Assembly: GCA_050575255.1 (NCBI GenBank)
Contig: JBNZDD010013683.1
Coordinates: forward strand, 186,001 to 250,000
DNA length: 64,000 bases
Source: Harriotta raleighana
Taxonomy: Eukaryota
Direction: 5' to 3'
Shown here: piece by piece, positions 62,333-64,000 of the stretch
How the letters are laid out: every line of letters begins with the position of its first letter
Position numbering within the stretch: position 1 is the first letter of the stretch
Program-made: the position numbers and the translations under genes
The notes under the pieces: generated by a model
The model's input: the letters and a program-made list of their open reading frames with translations, nothing else
Database searches by the model: none
What the model was told of the DNA's origin: nothing

Positions 62333-62669
62333 TCTGTAGCTCAGTGGTTAGAGCACCCGCCTTACAAGTGAGAGACCCTGGGCTCGATTCCAGGCAGGGC
62401 GAAACCTTGGGCAAGTTTCCTTACTCCACGTGCCTGATAATAATCCCTTAACAAAAAACAATAATAAATTGGTCACTTCAATCCATGACTGTTTGTGGGA
62501 CACTGCTGTGCGCAAATGGCTGCTGCGTTTCACCCACAAATATACAGTCAGTTCAATTCGGTGAAGCGCTTTAAGACGTACTCCCGAAGTGAAAAGCGCT
62601 ATACAAGTGTAATTTTGTTGTTGTTGTTTTCCAGAAGACGTGTAAAGTGCAAATATTATTATTATTATT
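62333..62669 (+). mobile_element. tRNA-derived SINE with an L2 tail inserted in its 3' end
   Basis: Intact A and B boxes and body; at ~62580 the L2-type CTCCCGAAGTGAAAAGCGCTATACAAGTGTAA(TTG)n interrupts the tail, which then resumes CCAGAAGACGTG...(ATT)n. Confidence 0.88.
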
Positions 62670-62926
62670 CAAGAGATAGTGATCATTTCTATCTGCATTA
62701 AATGTACCACAAGCACAAACTGCTCTGGCAGAAGTCTACACTTTTATGTAGAGTTGGTTAGAACATGGCCTCTGTAAACCTGCTACCCACTTATATTGCG
62801 CAATAACTGACTAATAAAACTGTGCTATTTCCTTTGCTAAATGCTTGTGTCTCTATTCCCTTATGTAAAAGCTTGAAACAAATTGGCTTACAGTCAGAAA
62901 ATACTTTCTGTGTGTGTATTTATTGA

Positions 62927-62946
62927 TACACACACACACACACACA
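62927..62946 (+). repeat. (AC)n microsatellite
   Basis: Direct reading. Confidence 0.9.
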
Positions 62947-62976
62947 TACCACATTATACTGCAGCAATAATTTTGC

Positions 62977-63042
62977 GATTCTGATTGTATTGGGACTTTT
63001 AAATGGCTNGATTCCGATTGTATTGGGACTTTTAAATGGCTA
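62977..63042. other. 32-bp duplication flanking a single N (probable assembly artefact)
   Basis: GATTC(T/C)GATTGTATTGGGACTTTTAAATGGCT on both sides of the N at 63009. Confidence 0.85.
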
Positions 63043-64000
63043 TTACTGAAGTTAATGGAAATCCAAATGAAATAAAGCAGTGGTAGCATATTGGTAATAT
63101 AAGTTATATTTTAAACAGCGTTTACCCCTATCCAGGCTGATGCTGTAAATCCAACAGTTTAAAGATCAACAAATTAAATTCTGATAAACCATTCAGTGAG
63201 TCCCCTCGAGTTAGTAGTTACCAGAGGTGTAATTTCCTCTTCACCCATCACCCCATTCACAGCCAATTTGTAATTGAATCCACCCAATACCTGACAACAC
63301 ATTTTATTTAACCCTTTATCCCTATAAAGCAAGTCCAAATGCTTGTTTTTAAAATGATGAATGCAGATGACTGAAACTTCTAGCCAGGAAAGGGTAAAAA
63401 CCTTAGTAAACACTCTGAAACTATCTCATCTGCACCACGTTTCCTTTGGAAAGTTGTTCAAATATTATTGCAGTTATCCGTGTGCTTTTGTTCCCATTCT
63501 TAATCGGGATTAGGAACAGAATCACTTGCTTGTTGACTTTGTACAAATGAAACTACTGAGACATAAATCATTGAAATAAAGAACACAGGTGTCATCTAGT
63601 TCCCGAAAGAAAGAGATGACCTTTTGAGGACTGAAGCAACTTGTCTGCATCACAATGACAACAGAACAGGCTTTAAACACCTCCCTTTATCAAAAGAACA
63701 TTTCCTTTGCATGCTAATCAGGATTTAAAACAATAAACATGAGGATTTTACAGACTATTCTTTCTGAGCATGCTGTTATGAAACAAAATGTGGAATACTT
63801 TGAACTTAGATGTCACATACACATGGGAGGTATTTCACTATTCCAAAAACTGGAATGACTCTCCCTTATCTGCACCACAAATGAATGGAAATGATCTATA
63901 TTGCAAATGGTTCATTCTTAAATGCAATCTGAGCAATTCAGGTCCTTTAAAGCAATCCAGGACCCGGCAGAGATCAAACGACTTTGGACTAAATGCTCTA

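Larger units (their letters stand above)
7456..64000 (-). other. ABTB2: Distal part of the large first intron of ABTB2
   Basis: No ABTB2 exon-1 peptide (…LQPYEHLICGKNANG) is seen in the window; the region is repeat-rich with no credible long ORFs. ABTB2 orthologs are known to have a very large intron 1. Confidence 0.75.

Noticed and set aside
62333-62400. tRNA-like sequences (also at 2781, 10502, 20449, 39881, 55417, 60243, 61800)
   Set aside because: These are SINE heads: each runs directly into the SINE body, lacks a proper acceptor stem and has a variable anticodon.

Overview
Vertebrate, AT-rich, repeat-rich genomic DNA. The repeat complement (tRNA-headed SINEs with L2-type (ATT)n tails, CR1 and L2 3' ends, ancient Deu-SINE and LF-SINE relics) points to a cartilaginous fish, probably a holocephalan such as Callorhinchus; this is an inference. 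The window lies inside one gene on the minus strand, ABTB2 (ankyrin repeat and BTB domain containing 2). Two canonical coding exons are visible (7455-7309 and 1830-1623), and everything from 7456 to the right edge appears to be part of the very large first intron. No prokaryotic features or CRISPR arrays were found, and nearly all listed ORFs are chance ORFs or retroelement debris. The most notable candidates are: (1) a CpG-rich ~150-bp intronic island at 30.8-30.9 kb that folds on the transcribed strand into a geometrically plausible pseudoknot with HDV-ribozyme-like topology; (2) two candidate unannotated in-frame ABTB2 exons or internal promoters (7582-7633 and 58-<1); (3) a strong cryptic donor that would make a stop-containing exon 3; (4) several nested retroelement insertions. 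Repeat family names and human comparisons come from recalled sequences, not database searches.
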